A stretch of 64,000 nucleotides of DNA from NCBI GenBank assembly GCA_048270185.1, contig JBLWTJ010000003.1, positions 160,001-224,000 on the forward strand. The letters are read 5' to 3'. A model generated the notes under the pieces. The model searched no databases, was not told the origin of the DNA, and saw nothing but the letters and a program-made list of their open reading frames with translations. Shown here piece after piece: positions 10,901 to 22,227 of the stretch (the first letter of the stretch is position 1; the number at the start of each line of letters is the position of its first letter). The position numbers were made by a program, and so were the translations under genes. The stretch comes from Bacteriovoracaceae bacterium. GTDB lineage: Bacteria > Bdellovibrionota > Bacteriovoracia > Bacteriovoracales > Bacteriovoracaceae.

Positions 10901-11102
10901 TTGGCTTGGTGATAAAGAACTCGATATCTTCAGCACTGGCCCCAGGATAAATTGTTGATACACGAATATATGGTGATTCAAATTCAGGCATTTCTTCTTT
11001 TGGAATTTTTGTCCACGCAAAGATTGCTATGACAAAAACACTGAAGAATAAGACGTTGGAAATAAGGAGATTATCAATAAAGTATTGGATGAATTTTTTC
11101 AT
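7986..11102 (-). CDS. RND efflux transporter permease (AcrB/CusA superfamily)
   Basis: 1038 aa; YPGASAEDIE, GIVVDDAIIVAENI, GVVVNDSIVLID, TRLRAIILTTLTT. Confidence 0.93.
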   Translation of the reverse strand: MKKFIQYFIDNLLISNVLFFSVFVIAIFAWTKIPKEEMPEFESPYIRVSTIYPGASAEDIEFFITKPIEEELKNVAGLDEVRSVSSTGSSSITVVMLENYPNPREVYLDIQDAVLRADLPNEAEVPSFRQFKSTEKAYIDVGFYLEGKRDLSVDDRARLQQLVRNFETQVKTLPAVSAVDRSGYLDPENHILLDPAKIKQNRISIHKVVSSLRESHIRSPIGVLEDTQQSKVTSINELIDERDFKDLLITGNYDGEGVTLDQIATFKKAFEKTNSIYKINGHEGVMLNLKKSHNVDILEANKATLAFINKYKKGQHDDLKIVTLDDESYDVKNRLSIVASNGILGFALIVLVLFFFLDFKSGIWVSMGIPFTLCFTLICMLIFDYTINNMTLAAIIIVMGIVVDDAIIVAENIGRITEDHKGTLKELMDKVTSEVAKLLMPITSAIATTCVAFVPLLFFGGWFGKFVYVLPFIITMMLVASLIESFTVLPAHVYSKKPKKKHGAHWFRKYEGIYARFLEKALRYRFLIIIGFICSTLLSGYLFSSKLKFVMFPREESKELSLSIKTKKGTSKLEMNEWLKPVEDILLEDADKMSIIGFRSNIGQSRRGGAVNYNRASINIEILPADERELSADEIIKHLEGRLAGLPNLDEVRFFKSRWGSGSGSTIEVQIQENNDEIRGKIAKLIADHQTANKKLKNVEIEKPIDAKEYNFKINQNEILRFGLTPSDVTTSLRTFVQGSVLYTLKSSDEEVEVRLTVDKNYKVDIDSLEKLRIDNGKGGYVPISRFIKVEEIVKPSNIERVNYKRTTMVYSDIEDGANTTPLEIADYYENDVFPDILKQYPSAIINFVGEIEETRESTGDFMMAGFLVISLIYMILTIQFKSLSAPLIIMTIIPIGISGVIYILLAHNMAIFGFFAVIGALGMIGVVVNDSIVLIDKLINETKYTPNRDELYKQIAHISSTRLRAIILTTLTTVIGVLPTAYGFAGYDSMLSEMMLTMGWGLAISTIITLFLTPSIFSLLTRFVIKKEEVEEEVFLN

Positions 11103-11227
11103 AATTAGATTTTAAGTATCCTAAATCACGAGGTCAAACTCTTAATTAATAAGCGATGTAACATTAAGTTAAGTCTCAACGAATACTTATACGAGTATAG
11201 TAAGAATAGGTTTCATTGGAGGTGAAA

Positions 11228-12295
11228 ATGAAGCTCATCATATTGATTAGTTTAATTGTGTTAGGACCTGAAATCCTTGCTAAAACAGCTACTGCAACCC
11301 TTGGAGGCGGATGCTTCTGGTGCATGGAAGCTCCATTTGAAGAGATAAAAGGGGTTCATTCTGTAACTTCTGGCTATATGGGAGGGAAGGTTAAGCAACC
11401 TAACTATCAGCAGGTTGCAAGTGGTAGTAGTGGCCATGTCGAAGTTGTTCAGATTAAATTTGATGATACCAAGGTTAGTTTTGAACAACTGCTCGATATC
11501 TACTGGCAAAATATTGATCCCACCGATAGTGGCGGACAATTTGCTGATCGTGGCACCCAATACCGAACAGTTATCTTCTATGAAAATGAAGAACAAAAGA
11601 AAGTTGCCGAGTATTCAAAGAGTAACCTCGATGCTTGTAAGAAATATGACAAACCAATAGTGACCGCAATAGAGAAGGCGCAAGAGTTTTATCCCGCCGA
11701 GGATTATCATCAAAATTACTACAAGAAGAATCCTTTGCGCTATAATACGTATAAGAAGCTTTCTGGGCGTGCTGGCTATATCGAAGATATTGCGGCAAAG
11801 CCAGTTCGTTGTGAGAGAAAAGATAATCTAAAGAAATTAAATAAGGATACAAAAGTGAATTACAAGAAACCAACAAAAGAAGAATTGAAAGAAAAACTAT
11901 CTCCTCTTGAGTTTGAAGTGACTCAAAACGATGCCACTGAAAGACCATTTGCCAACAAGTACTGGGATCACAAGGAAGAGGGGATCTACGTTGATGTAAC
12001 AACTGGCGAGCCACTTTTTAGCTCCCTTGATAAGTATGATTCAGGATCAGGCTGGCCTGCATTTACAAGACCAATTGATGAAGCTGTCGTGACAACAAAG
12101 ATTGATAAGAGTCTCTTTATGGAAAGAACAGAAGTTCGATCTAGTACTGGGGACTCCCATCTTGGTCATGTTTTCAATGATGGGCCTGGGCCTTCCGGTA
12201 AGCGCTACTGTATCAACTCCGCTTCCATGAGATTTGTTGCTAAGGCCGACCTTGAAAAAGAAGGCTATGGGAAGTACTTGGTTCTTTTTAAGTAG
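11228..12295 (+). CDS. msrAB: Bifunctional methionine sulfoxide reductase MsrA/MsrB with signal peptide
   Basis: GGCFWC and AEDYHQNYY (MsrA); [23 protein letters not shown] (MsrB). RBS GGAGGT favours ATG 11228. Confidence 0.96.
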   Translation: MKLIILISLIVLGPEILAKTATATLGGGCFWCMEAPFEEIKGVHSVTSGYMGGKVKQPNYQQVASGSSGHVEVVQIKFDDTKVSFEQLLDIYWQNIDPTDSGGQFADRGTQYRTVIFYENEEQKKVAEYSKSNLDACKKYDKPIVTAIEKAQEFYPAEDYHQNYYKKNPLRYNTYKKLSGRAGYIEDIAAKPVRCERKDNLKKLNKDTKVNYKKPTKEELKEKLSPLEFEVTQNDATERPFANKYWDHKEEGIYVDVTTGEPLFSSLDKYDSGSGWPAFTRPIDEAVVTTKIDKSLFMERTEVRSSTGDSHLGHVFNDGPGPSGKRYCINSASMRFVAKADLEKEGYGKYLVLFK

Positions 12296-12328
12296 TTAAA
12301 ATTACATCATTTCTTCAGTTGATTTTGT

Positions 12329-12356
12329 TAAAGATTAGGCCCCAAGTAGTCGATAA
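12329..12356 (+). promoter_or_regulatory. Putative sigma28 (FliA)-type promoter
   Basis: TAAAG-N15-GTCGATAA, 14 nt upstream of ATG 12371. Confidence 0.6.
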
Positions 12357-12370
12357 GACGACGAGGGCCT

Positions 12371-13897
12371 ATGAAAAGACTGATTACATCTATTTTAATT
12401 CTATCGACATTAAACGCACAAGCATCTTGTATTGATGTTTTAAAATCATTTATGACTGTGAAAAAGAACTCATTCTATGACAGTCCTGAATTTGCCTTAA
12501 AAGAAAAGATCACAAAATTAGAAAATATAAATTCGGCCCTTAGAAACTCAAGTGAGAATAAAGAGCCGGCCATGACGCTTGCGATTTGGAAGAAAATCGA
12601 AAAGCTCGATAATAACCTCTTCACAAAACACTTCAGCGTGAATGTAAAAGACTGGGAAGTTTTCTTTCGTGAATTTGAAATCAATTATATTTCATTTAAA
12701 CGCTTAAAGGCCGTTCTTGATTTCTTAAAAGTAGGAGAAGCAACAGAAGCTGGCCTTAGTCAATTTTGTGCCCAAAAAGGTTACTCTCAAGAATTCCATG
12801 ATTTTATCATTTCTAAGTTTAAGAATACTCCCAGCATTGAACTACTTAAATCAAATCTCGATGATGAGATTAATAAGAATATGATTCATCTTGGTAATAA
12901 CTATTATGAATACCGCTTAGTAAGAGAGCACTTAAGAGATCTTAAGGGAAGTAATCTTTGTAATGCAGAATGTGAGAAAGAGCTTGCAAAGACTGTTAGT
13001 AACCTTGGAGTTGCAAGTGAATCAAATCGTAAGAGCTTTCCGTTATTTTTAAAGGGTGAAAGTCGTCCCGATCTTGATGAATTGACAAGTATTGTTCACG
13101 AGAACCCAATGATTCATATTACAAGGCTTAAGAAAGAAAGAAATCAAGAAGTAATTAACTGGCTTATTTCTCTGATGCTTCAACCTGAAATTGTTGATGT
13201 GATAATGGGCCTTGTTTATAAATCAAAAAGACTAGGGAAGTATCGAGCTGTGCGCTTCTTTCAAGCATTTTATAATGCTCAAGCACGTAATATCCACTTT
13301 CCAAAAATTAATAATGTCGTAAAGAGTTTCAAAAACGATATGGACAAGAGTTTTGCCCATCTAAAAACGGTAAATACAACAGTTCCAAAAGATGAGATTC
13401 TTGTGACTTTTGCTCGAATGGTTGACGCTCTACCTGTAAAAAAATGGAAAATGTTAAAAGAGTATGCCAAGGCCAATGATGCTAAATTCTATACCAGAAT
13501 GTTAGAGGCCGAAGAAAAGGCCATTGCTCGAGGTGATATTAGTATCACACATCGTCGAAGTATTATTGGGCAACTCATTCAATTTATACCGGCCTCGACA
13601 CCAATCTATCTCTACCAACATCATTATCTTGATCTAGATGATAAACCAACCGTTACGGAAGTTGATACTGATGGAAACGAAATTGATTCAGATAGTAAAG
13701 GTGGCCAAACTGTTGAAGAAGTAGATCCTGTCATTCCTATTGAACATGGAAGTGATATGGATAGTACTCTTCAAGAAGTCTCAGAAGTTATTATTACTAA
13801 TGAGGAAGGAAGTCGTGATCCATCATCAGTAAAACCAAGTTGGATGACAGGTATACTTGAAATGATCACTGTGTTTTTTAAAGGGGAAGTAAAATAA
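12371..13897 (+). CDS. Secreted hypothetical protein
   Basis: 508-aa ORF; signal peptide ending AQA/S; acidic C-terminal region containing RDPSS. No family recognised. Confidence 0.85.
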   Translation: MKRLITSILILSTLNAQASCIDVLKSFMTVKKNSFYDSPEFALKEKITKLENINSALRNSSENKEPAMTLAIWKKIEKLDNNLFTKHFSVNVKDWEVFFREFEINYISFKRLKAVLDFLKVGEATEAGLSQFCAQKGYSQEFHDFIISKFKNTPSIELLKSNLDDEINKNMIHLGNNYYEYRLVREHLRDLKGSNLCNAECEKELAKTVSNLGVASESNRKSFPLFLKGESRPDLDELTSIVHENPMIHITRLKKERNQEVINWLISLMLQPEIVDVIMGLVYKSKRLGKYRAVRFFQAFYNAQARNIHFPKINNVVKSFKNDMDKSFAHLKTVNTTVPKDEILVTFARMVDALPVKKWKMLKEYAKANDAKFYTRMLEAEEKAIARGDISITHRRSIIGQLIQFIPASTPIYLYQHHYLDLDDKPTVTEVDTDGNEIDSDSKGGQTVEEVDPVIPIEHGSDMDSTLQEVSEVIITNEEGSRDPSSVKPSWMTGILEMITVFFKGEVK

Positions 13898-14235
13898 TGC
13901 GCTTATTTATTCTCTCTCTTCTGACTTCTTCTATATTTGCGGCACAAACTCTAAAAATGCAAATCTATGAAAAAGGTAAATTCAAAGATATCGAAATCTA
14001 TGTAAAAGATGCCGCTTTTATGAATAAGAAATGCTTTGAGTCTGAAGACTGTCAAAAGATGAAAGGTAAGCATGAGCCATCTGGAGGCCTTAGTGGACAT
14101 CCTGGATCTGAAGCTTGTAAATCAATCGCAAATTCAGAGTATAAAATACTAAAAAGACAAAATGGTAATCAAATTGGGTTCTGTCGATTTGCCGACGGAA
14201 GTATGAAAAGTGCAAGGAGTCTTCTAAGTGAATAG
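13897..14235 (+). CDS. Small secreted Cys-containing protein, DUF333-like C-terminus
   Basis: Signal peptide; HPGSEACKS...QIGFCRFADGS resembles the DUF333 (NPAS.YC...G.C.(F/L).DG) pattern; TAATG coupling to the upstream gene. Confidence 0.65.
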   Translation: MRLFILSLLTSSIFAAQTLKMQIYEKGKFKDIEIYVKDAAFMNKKCFESEDCQKMKGKHEPSGGLSGHPGSEACKSIANSEYKILKRQNGNQIGFCRFADGSMKSARSLLSE

Positions 14236-15475
14236 AGGGCTGCCTTTTATATTCACCCTTTTCATTAGTACAACTTCAGCTCAAGTTCTTGACCGAGGAC
14301 TTGACGATGATTCTTGGCGTGCTTATCACCACAAGGCCTATCAGGCCAACAGTCCACGATTAAGTGAAAGGATTGCTGAAACAAGACAAGTTGCAACTAA
14401 TCCTGCAATTCGCGATCAAGATGGATTTGGTACATGCTATCTCTTTGCGGCCACTTCTCTTATGGATCAAGCTTGTCAAAAGAGTGGAATGTGTAATGAA
14501 GATGATCAGATTTCAGTTCTAGATGTTCTAGGGAAAACCCAGGGGAAGGACTCTGAGTTTCATGGCCTTAATGGTGGTAATTTAAGACAAGTCTATCAGT
14601 CTATTAATCCTGATCCAAATAAGAGAGTTAAGTTTGCTCGTGAGCAATGTGCTCCATATCAACAAATCGAAAACTACAACAATGCATCAAATGATTTCAG
14701 TATACAGGATTATCCTCAATTAAATGCGATTAAGAAAATATATGAAGATGCAAAGAAGCCTAAAAATAAAGCCGATTGTGAAGATTGCACAACTAAAGCT
14801 TTCAAATCATACTTTGCTTTTAATAATGAAATTCTTGAAAACTTAGAAAAGGCCGTTAGTAAGATTGCAACGATTAATGCCTTTTCAGACTTTCTAGATG
14901 AAGTACTAGTTCCTGAAAAGTGTAAGAAAGACTTAATCGAAATGCCCAAGTTTGAAATGAAAGAAGAACATATTCCTACAAAAATGGGACTTCGAAAAAA
15001 GTTAATTGAATTAGTTAATAAAGATCAATCGATTGCTATTACATCTTGTACCTGGACAAGAAGTTGTGAAGACTCGAGTATTAAAAATATTAATGAATGC
15101 CCACAAGAGTCTCGTAACCGTGTGTGCGGAGGTCATGCTTACCTTCTAAGTGGATATCGCCGAATTTGTCCAAAGCGTGCGCGAGGACCTAAGCTGTGTC
15201 GTCATCAGTATAAAGTACACAATAGTTGGGGAGAAGATTTTAATTTCTACAATGCAGACGGCTGGGTTGATGAAGATGAAGTTTTCAAAGCCTATAAAGA
15301 CCTAGGAGACGAAGTTGTTACATACGTCGATAAAATAGAAGAAACAGTTTTTAGGCCACCAATGAAACAAACAACTTTTAATGAGGTGTACTCATGTGAA
15401 GGATCAAGCTCATTCGGTGATAAAGCTTGGGCCTTAAATATGAGATCTAAAGGCTTCTTTTGCTACCCTCGATAA
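14228..15475 (+). CDS. Secreted papain-like (C1 family) cysteine peptidase
   Basis: IRDQDGFGTCYLFA (oxyanion Gln, catalytic Cys), GGHAYLLSGY (His), KVHNSWG (Asn); signal peptide. Confidence 0.88.
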   Translation: MNRGLPFIFTLFISTTSAQVLDRGLDDDSWRAYHHKAYQANSPRLSERIAETRQVATNPAIRDQDGFGTCYLFAATSLMDQACQKSGMCNEDDQISVLDVLGKTQGKDSEFHGLNGGNLRQVYQSINPDPNKRVKFAREQCAPYQQIENYNNASNDFSIQDYPQLNAIKKIYEDAKKPKNKADCEDCTTKAFKSYFAFNNEILENLEKAVSKIATINAFSDFLDEVLVPEKCKKDLIEMPKFEMKEEHIPTKMGLRKKLIELVNKDQSIAITSCTWTRSCEDSSIKNINECPQESRNRVCGGHAYLLSGYRRICPKRARGPKLCRHQYKVHNSWGEDFNFYNADGWVDEDEVFKAYKDLGDEVVTYVDKIEETVFRPPMKQTTFNEVYSCEGSSSFGDKAWALNMRSKGFFCYPR

Positions 15476-16587
15476 TCTTTGGCTTCAAATTTAATTTTAC
15501 AACGATCATTTCTTGTCTCTAAGTGAATATAATTAATATTCTCATGATTTTTTGAAACATTAAGAGCTCGTCTTTCAAGATTATAGAAAACTGCTGAGTC
15601 TTGATTTTCATCACAATTCTCACTCCAAGATGATGTGATCTTAATTATACGATTTGCACTTTTCACTAGTTTAGATATTGAAATATAGTCTCCAAATTTT
15701 TGAACACTACAATCATAACATTCATCCTGAGCTGCTTTAAGTTGGTACTGCATAAATCCATCTTCAAACATATAAGACATCGCTTCATTTGCATTTTCTC
15801 TAATAGATTCAATATTATCGATAAGTAAATTACCATCACATGAGTAATTTAAGTAATCTTTGAAGGATTCTTTCATCTCTGTAATCTTATCATTTGTCAT
15901 GGATTGGCATTGCTCATACTCGTAACAATCATCACCAAAGAACTCATCAAATTCCATGACTCTCTCATCGACATGTTCACACACGGCCTTTTGTCGTCGG
16001 GCAAAGGGGAGGACTTCATAGAGACCTTTGAAGTCCATATCATTATAGTAGGCAACGTCTTGAATAATTGATCCAAGATCAATCTTCTTTTCCATATCGA
16101 GTGTATTTAAAATGGCCTTATGATCTTCTGATAGGCCAAGTTCAGATGTCACTTGTTCATTAATAATTTTTCCAAGACTTTGAGCAATGGAGTAGTTGTC
16201 ATGGGTTTTATTTTGGTTATTTCGAATAAAGGCAATGGCCGTATCGATTTTGGCGTCATCAGAGTCTTCAATGGCCATTTCAAATTCAACGCTATGTCGA
16301 TTTCTCATAATCCATTCGTCATCTGTCGACGAAGTTTTATAAAGTGAGTCAAAACTTTCTAGATCTTTATTCTCTAGATACTTGTTTAAAACTTGTCTCG
16401 AAAGATACTCTTGGTAAGCAGTACCTTGTAGAATATTGTTAACTTGATCAGGCCCTTCTAACGCCAGTTTCTCAAGACATTCTTTTCTACAATTATCTAA
16501 ATTATATTGAGTTCCATCGGCCGCATAGAAAACCGACGCTTGTAGAGAAAATGTACATAGAAGTGCAGTAAATAGCGCCTTTTTCAT
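15463..16587 (-). CDS. Secreted acidic, Cys-rich hypothetical protein
   Basis: 374-aa ORF, signal peptide MKKALFTALLCTFSLQA; no family recognised. Confidence 0.85.
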   Translation of the reverse strand: MKKALFTALLCTFSLQASVFYAADGTQYNLDNCRKECLEKLALEGPDQVNNILQGTAYQEYLSRQVLNKYLENKDLESFDSLYKTSSTDDEWIMRNRHSVEFEMAIEDSDDAKIDTAIAFIRNNQNKTHDNYSIAQSLGKIINEQVTSELGLSEDHKAILNTLDMEKKIDLGSIIQDVAYYNDMDFKGLYEVLPFARRQKAVCEHVDERVMEFDEFFGDDCYEYEQCQSMTNDKITEMKESFKDYLNYSCDGNLLIDNIESIRENANEAMSYMFEDGFMQYQLKAAQDECYDCSVQKFGDYISISKLVKSANRIIKITSSWSENCDENQDSAVFYNLERRALNVSKNHENINYIHLETRNDRCKIKFEAKDYRG

Positions 16588-16625
16588 AAGTAAATACCTT
16601 AGTTCGAGTAAGTACTTATATTTAA

Positions 16626-16641
16626 AGCAATAGAGGTGCCA
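16626..16641 (-). promoter_or_regulatory. Sigma54 (-24/-12) promoter
   Basis: Minus strand TGGCAC-CTCTA-TTGCT matches TGGCAC-N5-TTGCW exactly; about 40 nt upstream of ATG 16587. Confidence 0.8.
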
Positions 16642-16665
16642 AAAAGAAGGGCCCTAAGGCCCTCT
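16641..16665 (-). terminator. Intrinsic terminator of the 16672-17577 gene
   Basis: Minus strand AGGGCC-TTAG-GGCCCT followed by TCTTTTT. Confidence 0.7.
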
Positions 16666-16671
16666 CTTTGA

Positions 16672-17577
16672 TTATCTGATAATGTGGTTTTCGATTATCG
16701 TTTTAATTTTTTGAGTTGATTCTTTTGAATCATAAGCTGGTCTTGTGCTCATTTCGTCATCAAGCTCAAATAGGCGAGACCATAGAGGAGCACCAGTTTT
16801 CTTAAAGTCGATTTTTACAGAAGCTTGCGAGTAAAGTTCTTTATCCCAAACCTTCACAACGTCACGCCAGAAGTACTTATGTCCTTTCCACCAATCGATT
16901 GCTGGTTGACAACGGCTATCAGCAACTTTTTCATAAGTGTTGTAACTCTTCTCCATGGCAAGCTTAAGCTCCATTCCATTCTCAAGCATATTAACTTTGA
17001 TATTATTTTGGTCGTGAACGTGACCGTATGAAGTTTGCTCATGGCGATTTGTTCTTCTAAGTACATTGTAGTCAGATCGAATTGAGAACTCACGTCTAGG
17101 CAGAGGAGCATTTGCCGTACATTCCCAGTAAGAATTCTTATCTGTGTGAATCCATGGCGCCGAACACTCGTATCTTGGAGAGTCATCAACTTGATAAACT
17201 CTTTGTACCCAATTACCTTGTGGGCTTTTTACAACAGAGTTATTCCAATTATTGAAACCTCTGTAATCAAGAGCAGTTTGAGCTTCCCAATCCCACTGTT
17301 GTCTCCAATGCTTAACGATTGCATGTGGAGTCACTAGAATATGTTGTATATTAACCATATTTTCATTTTCTGAATCAACAAAGATCCACTCAAGTGCACC
17401 TGAAGCATAGCGATCATAGAAATCGTAATCATTGCTATAAGCGAAAGTCTCTGCTGATTGAAATTTAACAGCGTAACATCCTGTCATTTTCTTGATTTCT
17501 TGGATGTCCTTATTCTTATCGATTGTAAGCCCTGCAAATGCTGGTAGCGCAAGAGCAAGAAGAACTAAAAACTTCAT
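16672..17577 (-). CDS. Secreted protein, probable DUF6607 family
   Basis: Signal peptide; IKKMTGCYAVKFQSAETF, IQHIL, KHWRQQW, QRVYQVDDSPRYE, PLPRREF recalled as this family. Confidence 0.75.
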   Translation of the reverse strand: MKFLVLLALALPAFAGLTIDKNKDIQEIKKMTGCYAVKFQSAETFAYSNDYDFYDRYASGALEWIFVDSENENMVNIQHILVTPHAIVKHWRQQWDWEAQTALDYRGFNNWNNSVVKSPQGNWVQRVYQVDDSPRYECSAPWIHTDKNSYWECTANAPLPRREFSIRSDYNVLRRTNRHEQTSYGHVHDQNNIKVNMLENGMELKLAMEKSYNTYEKVADSRCQPAIDWWKGHKYFWRDVVKVWDKELYSQASVKIDFKKTGAPLWSRLFELDDEMSTRPAYDSKESTQKIKTIIENHIIR

Positions 17578-17618
17578 ATTTTCCCCCGTTTTTGGTTGTG
17601 TGTGAATTTGAATGGTTG

Positions 17619-17647
17619 ATTATTGAAAATAGAGTTTGAGTTGTCAA
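17619..17647 (-). promoter_or_regulatory. Putative sigma70 promoter
   Basis: Minus strand TTGACA-N17-AATAAT upstream of ATG 17577. Confidence 0.55.
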
Positions 17648-17717
17648 ACAATATTAACTTAACTTTATTGGTGACGCGCAGGCCGTGGACGAAGTAGCCG
17701 GTTTTATTATAGAATAG

Positions 17718-19985
<2,268 letters not shown>

Positions 19986-20006
19986 TAAATAAAAGCTAAA
20001 AAGGAT

Positions 20007-20030
20007 GGCCCTCACTATGAGGGCCTTCCT
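20007..20030. terminator. Hairpin between convergent icd and STAS genes
   Basis: GGCCCTC-ACTAT-GAGGGCC; weak T tail. Confidence 0.6.
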
Positions 20031-20034
20031 GATT

Positions 20035-20802
20035 TTATACAGCACGCATTGAATCTTTCAATTCAATATTTCGAAGCCAGTTCCTTGCCTCGTCAATCGC
20101 GCCGTACTCGAAAACTTTTGCATCCACATCTTTTAAATGATTATTCACTGCTGGAAGAGCATTTCTAACTAATTCACTATCAGTACAGATTGCAATTTTT
20201 TCAATATGTTTACGATTATCTTTTAAAAACTCAAAATGCCTCAATAGCCCGCGAAGATCTTCCCAGCCAGGAAATTCCTTTGTATTAATAATTAGTCCTG
20301 AGATTACTTTCGTTTCTTTGTAAACTTGAGAGAGGAGGTTTTGCATCTTTTCAAAATCATTTATTCCTAGTGCATGAGATGGAATGATCGTTAGAATATT
20401 ATCATTCTTGTCATAGTGAAATTCGATATCACTTTCAGGTTCTTCATTAAGCCAAGCTTTTGCATCGGCAAGTTCACTAATTTTATATGATTTAAAATCA
20501 ATAGGAACAATTGGAGCAAATAGTTTTACTGCTCCTGTAATAAGGGCACTATCTGTGACAACAGCGCATTTCTTCATAACATTGAAGTATTTTAGGCCCA
20601 TTGCTGAATCTTCAAAAACAGCTCCTGGTGTATAACCTTCGTATGTCTCATTTAGGTAGAAGAGGATGGCCACACGCTCTTCTTTATCTCGGGCCTTATC
20701 TAGAATTGGCCCTAGTACATTGATATAGTCTTCTTTAGTGATTCTTCCAGAGCCTTCAATACCCACGATGCCTTTTTGTAGGCCTTGCATTACCTTTAAC
20801 AT
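20035..20802 (-). CDS. Tandem SpoIIAA-like (STAS/SEC14) domain protein
   Basis: Two similar halves (GRITKEDY...KCAVVTDS...DAKAWL and GINDF...KIAICTDS...EARNWL). RBS AAGGAG favours ATG 20802. Confidence 0.85.
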   Translation of the reverse strand: MLKVMQGLQKGIVGIEGSGRITKEDYINVLGPILDKARDKEERVAILFYLNETYEGYTPGAVFEDSAMGLKYFNVMKKCAVVTDSALITGAVKLFAPIVPIDFKSYKISELADAKAWLNEEPESDIEFHYDKNDNILTIIPSHALGINDFEKMQNLLSQVYKETKVISGLIINTKEFPGWEDLRGLLRHFEFLKDNRKHIEKIAICTDSELVRNALPAVNNHLKDVDAKVFEYGAIDEARNWLRNIELKDSMRAV

Positions 20803-20887
20803 ACACAATCTCCTTTCCGCTGAATGATTACTTCTTTAGTAGTCATCTCATCGGGAAGGAGGTTAGTGTATTAACTTAAGATTTTAT

Positions 20888-22084
20888 TTATTTTGCTAGG
20901 ATTTCATCAGCAAGTTCTTTTGTCAGATAACCATCTGGAACAAGACCTTGAGATACTTGATAGTTCTGAACTGCTGCCATTGTTTGCTTACCTGGAATAC
21001 CATCAACAGGACCAGCGTCAAAGCCTAGTTCATTAAGTTTTGCTTGAATTAATTTTGCCATCTCAAATGACATGAATGATTCTTCTTTTAAGTTAAACTT
21101 AGAAAAGTAATCAGCACGGTCATTAATAAGATCCGAGAGAACACCAATACCAAGTGCGTATTTTTCAGAGTTATTCCATTTAAAGATTGTGAAGAAGTTA
21201 GGGTAGACAATAAAGGCCGGACCTTTCGCTCCTTGTGGAAGATAGATGGCCGTCTTTCCCGCTGTATAAGGAAGTTGTGTTCCACCCTTTAGAGTGATGC
21301 CTCGATCAACCCAGTACTGTAGATCTTCTTTATACTTAAGTCCTGAGTGGAAGAAATCAAAATTCTCTGGTAGCTCAACTTCGTGGCCCCAGCTCTCTTC
21401 ACCATTCCAACCAACGCTTGTTAGAAAGTTTGCAGATGAGCCAAGAAAGTCATGACGATTTTCCCACATATTAATAGCGCCATCTTTATCATAATCAATT
21501 GCATAAGCTAGCATTGTTGAAGGCATGAATTGAGTTGAGCCCATTGCTCCTGCCCATGAACCTTGCATACGCTCACTTGGATAAGTGTAGATACCTCTGT
21601 CTAACATTGTAAGGGCATTGATTAACTCTTTCTTAAAGAAGGCCGAACGTCTTCCATCATATGTAAGAGTCGTAAGGGATCTAATAATATCCAGCTTTCC
21701 AGTGATGGAAGAAAAGTTAGTTTCTAGGGCCCAGAATGAAAGAAGAAATCTTGCTTGAAAATTATAGTCATCGCGAATACTCGCAAAGATATCAGCAAGT
21801 TCATCTTTGTACATTTGTCCTTTCTCAACGCGCGTACTACTTATAACGATACTTAAGTAGCGTCCCATACTCATGACAAATTCAGGTTGTCTGCGGTCAT
21901 ACTTTATAACGTCTTGGTTAAAAGTGACGCCTTCAAATGCTTCATCAAGAAGAGCATAAGAGAAGCCTTGAGTTTCATTTAGCTCGGCCTTGAGGTTATC
22001 AAGCCAGCTGTTAAACTCTTGTGTTGTTGGAGTTTGCGCAAAAGCGCTTAGTGCAATAAGTGTTGTTAGGATTATCTTTTTCAT
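20888..22084 (-). CDS. mltB: Lytic murein transglycosylase (MltB family) with C-terminal peptidoglycan-binding domain
   Basis: WALETNF (catalytic Glu), GSWAGAMGSTQFMPS, IDYDKDG EF-hand-like loop, LGFDAGPVDGIPGKQT...GLVPDG. Confidence 0.92.
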   Translation of the reverse strand: MKKIILTTLIALSAFAQTPTTQEFNSWLDNLKAELNETQGFSYALLDEAFEGVTFNQDVIKYDRRQPEFVMSMGRYLSIVISSTRVEKGQMYKDELADIFASIRDDYNFQARFLLSFWALETNFSSITGKLDIIRSLTTLTYDGRRSAFFKKELINALTMLDRGIYTYPSERMQGSWAGAMGSTQFMPSTMLAYAIDYDKDGAINMWENRHDFLGSSANFLTSVGWNGEESWGHEVELPENFDFFHSGLKYKEDLQYWVDRGITLKGGTQLPYTAGKTAIYLPQGAKGPAFIVYPNFFTIFKWNNSEKYALGIGVLSDLINDRADYFSKFNLKEESFMSFEMAKLIQAKLNELGFDAGPVDGIPGKQTMAAVQNYQVSQGLVPDGYLTKELADEILAK

Positions 22085-22192
22085 CTTGAGACACTACACA
22101 CAATTTTCCTTGATATGAAGACGCACCGAGTAAGGTCCACGCAACCTTTTCGTGATTCCAGTACTTTAGACTCGTTGGTTATCTTGATTATG

Positions 22193-22220
22193 TAAAGTTT
22201 ATTGTCTTTAATTCCGATTA
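22193..22220 (+). promoter_or_regulatory. Putative sigma28 (FliA)-type promoter
   Basis: TAAAGTTT-N12-TCCGATTA just upstream of RBS AGGAG and ATG 22228. Confidence 0.55.
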
Positions 22221-22227
22221 TAGGAGC

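Noticed and set aside
17615..17645. Fur box upstream of the DUF6607-like gene
   Set aside because: Only one half-site (TGAAAAT) resembles the consensus; there is no convincing inverted repeat.
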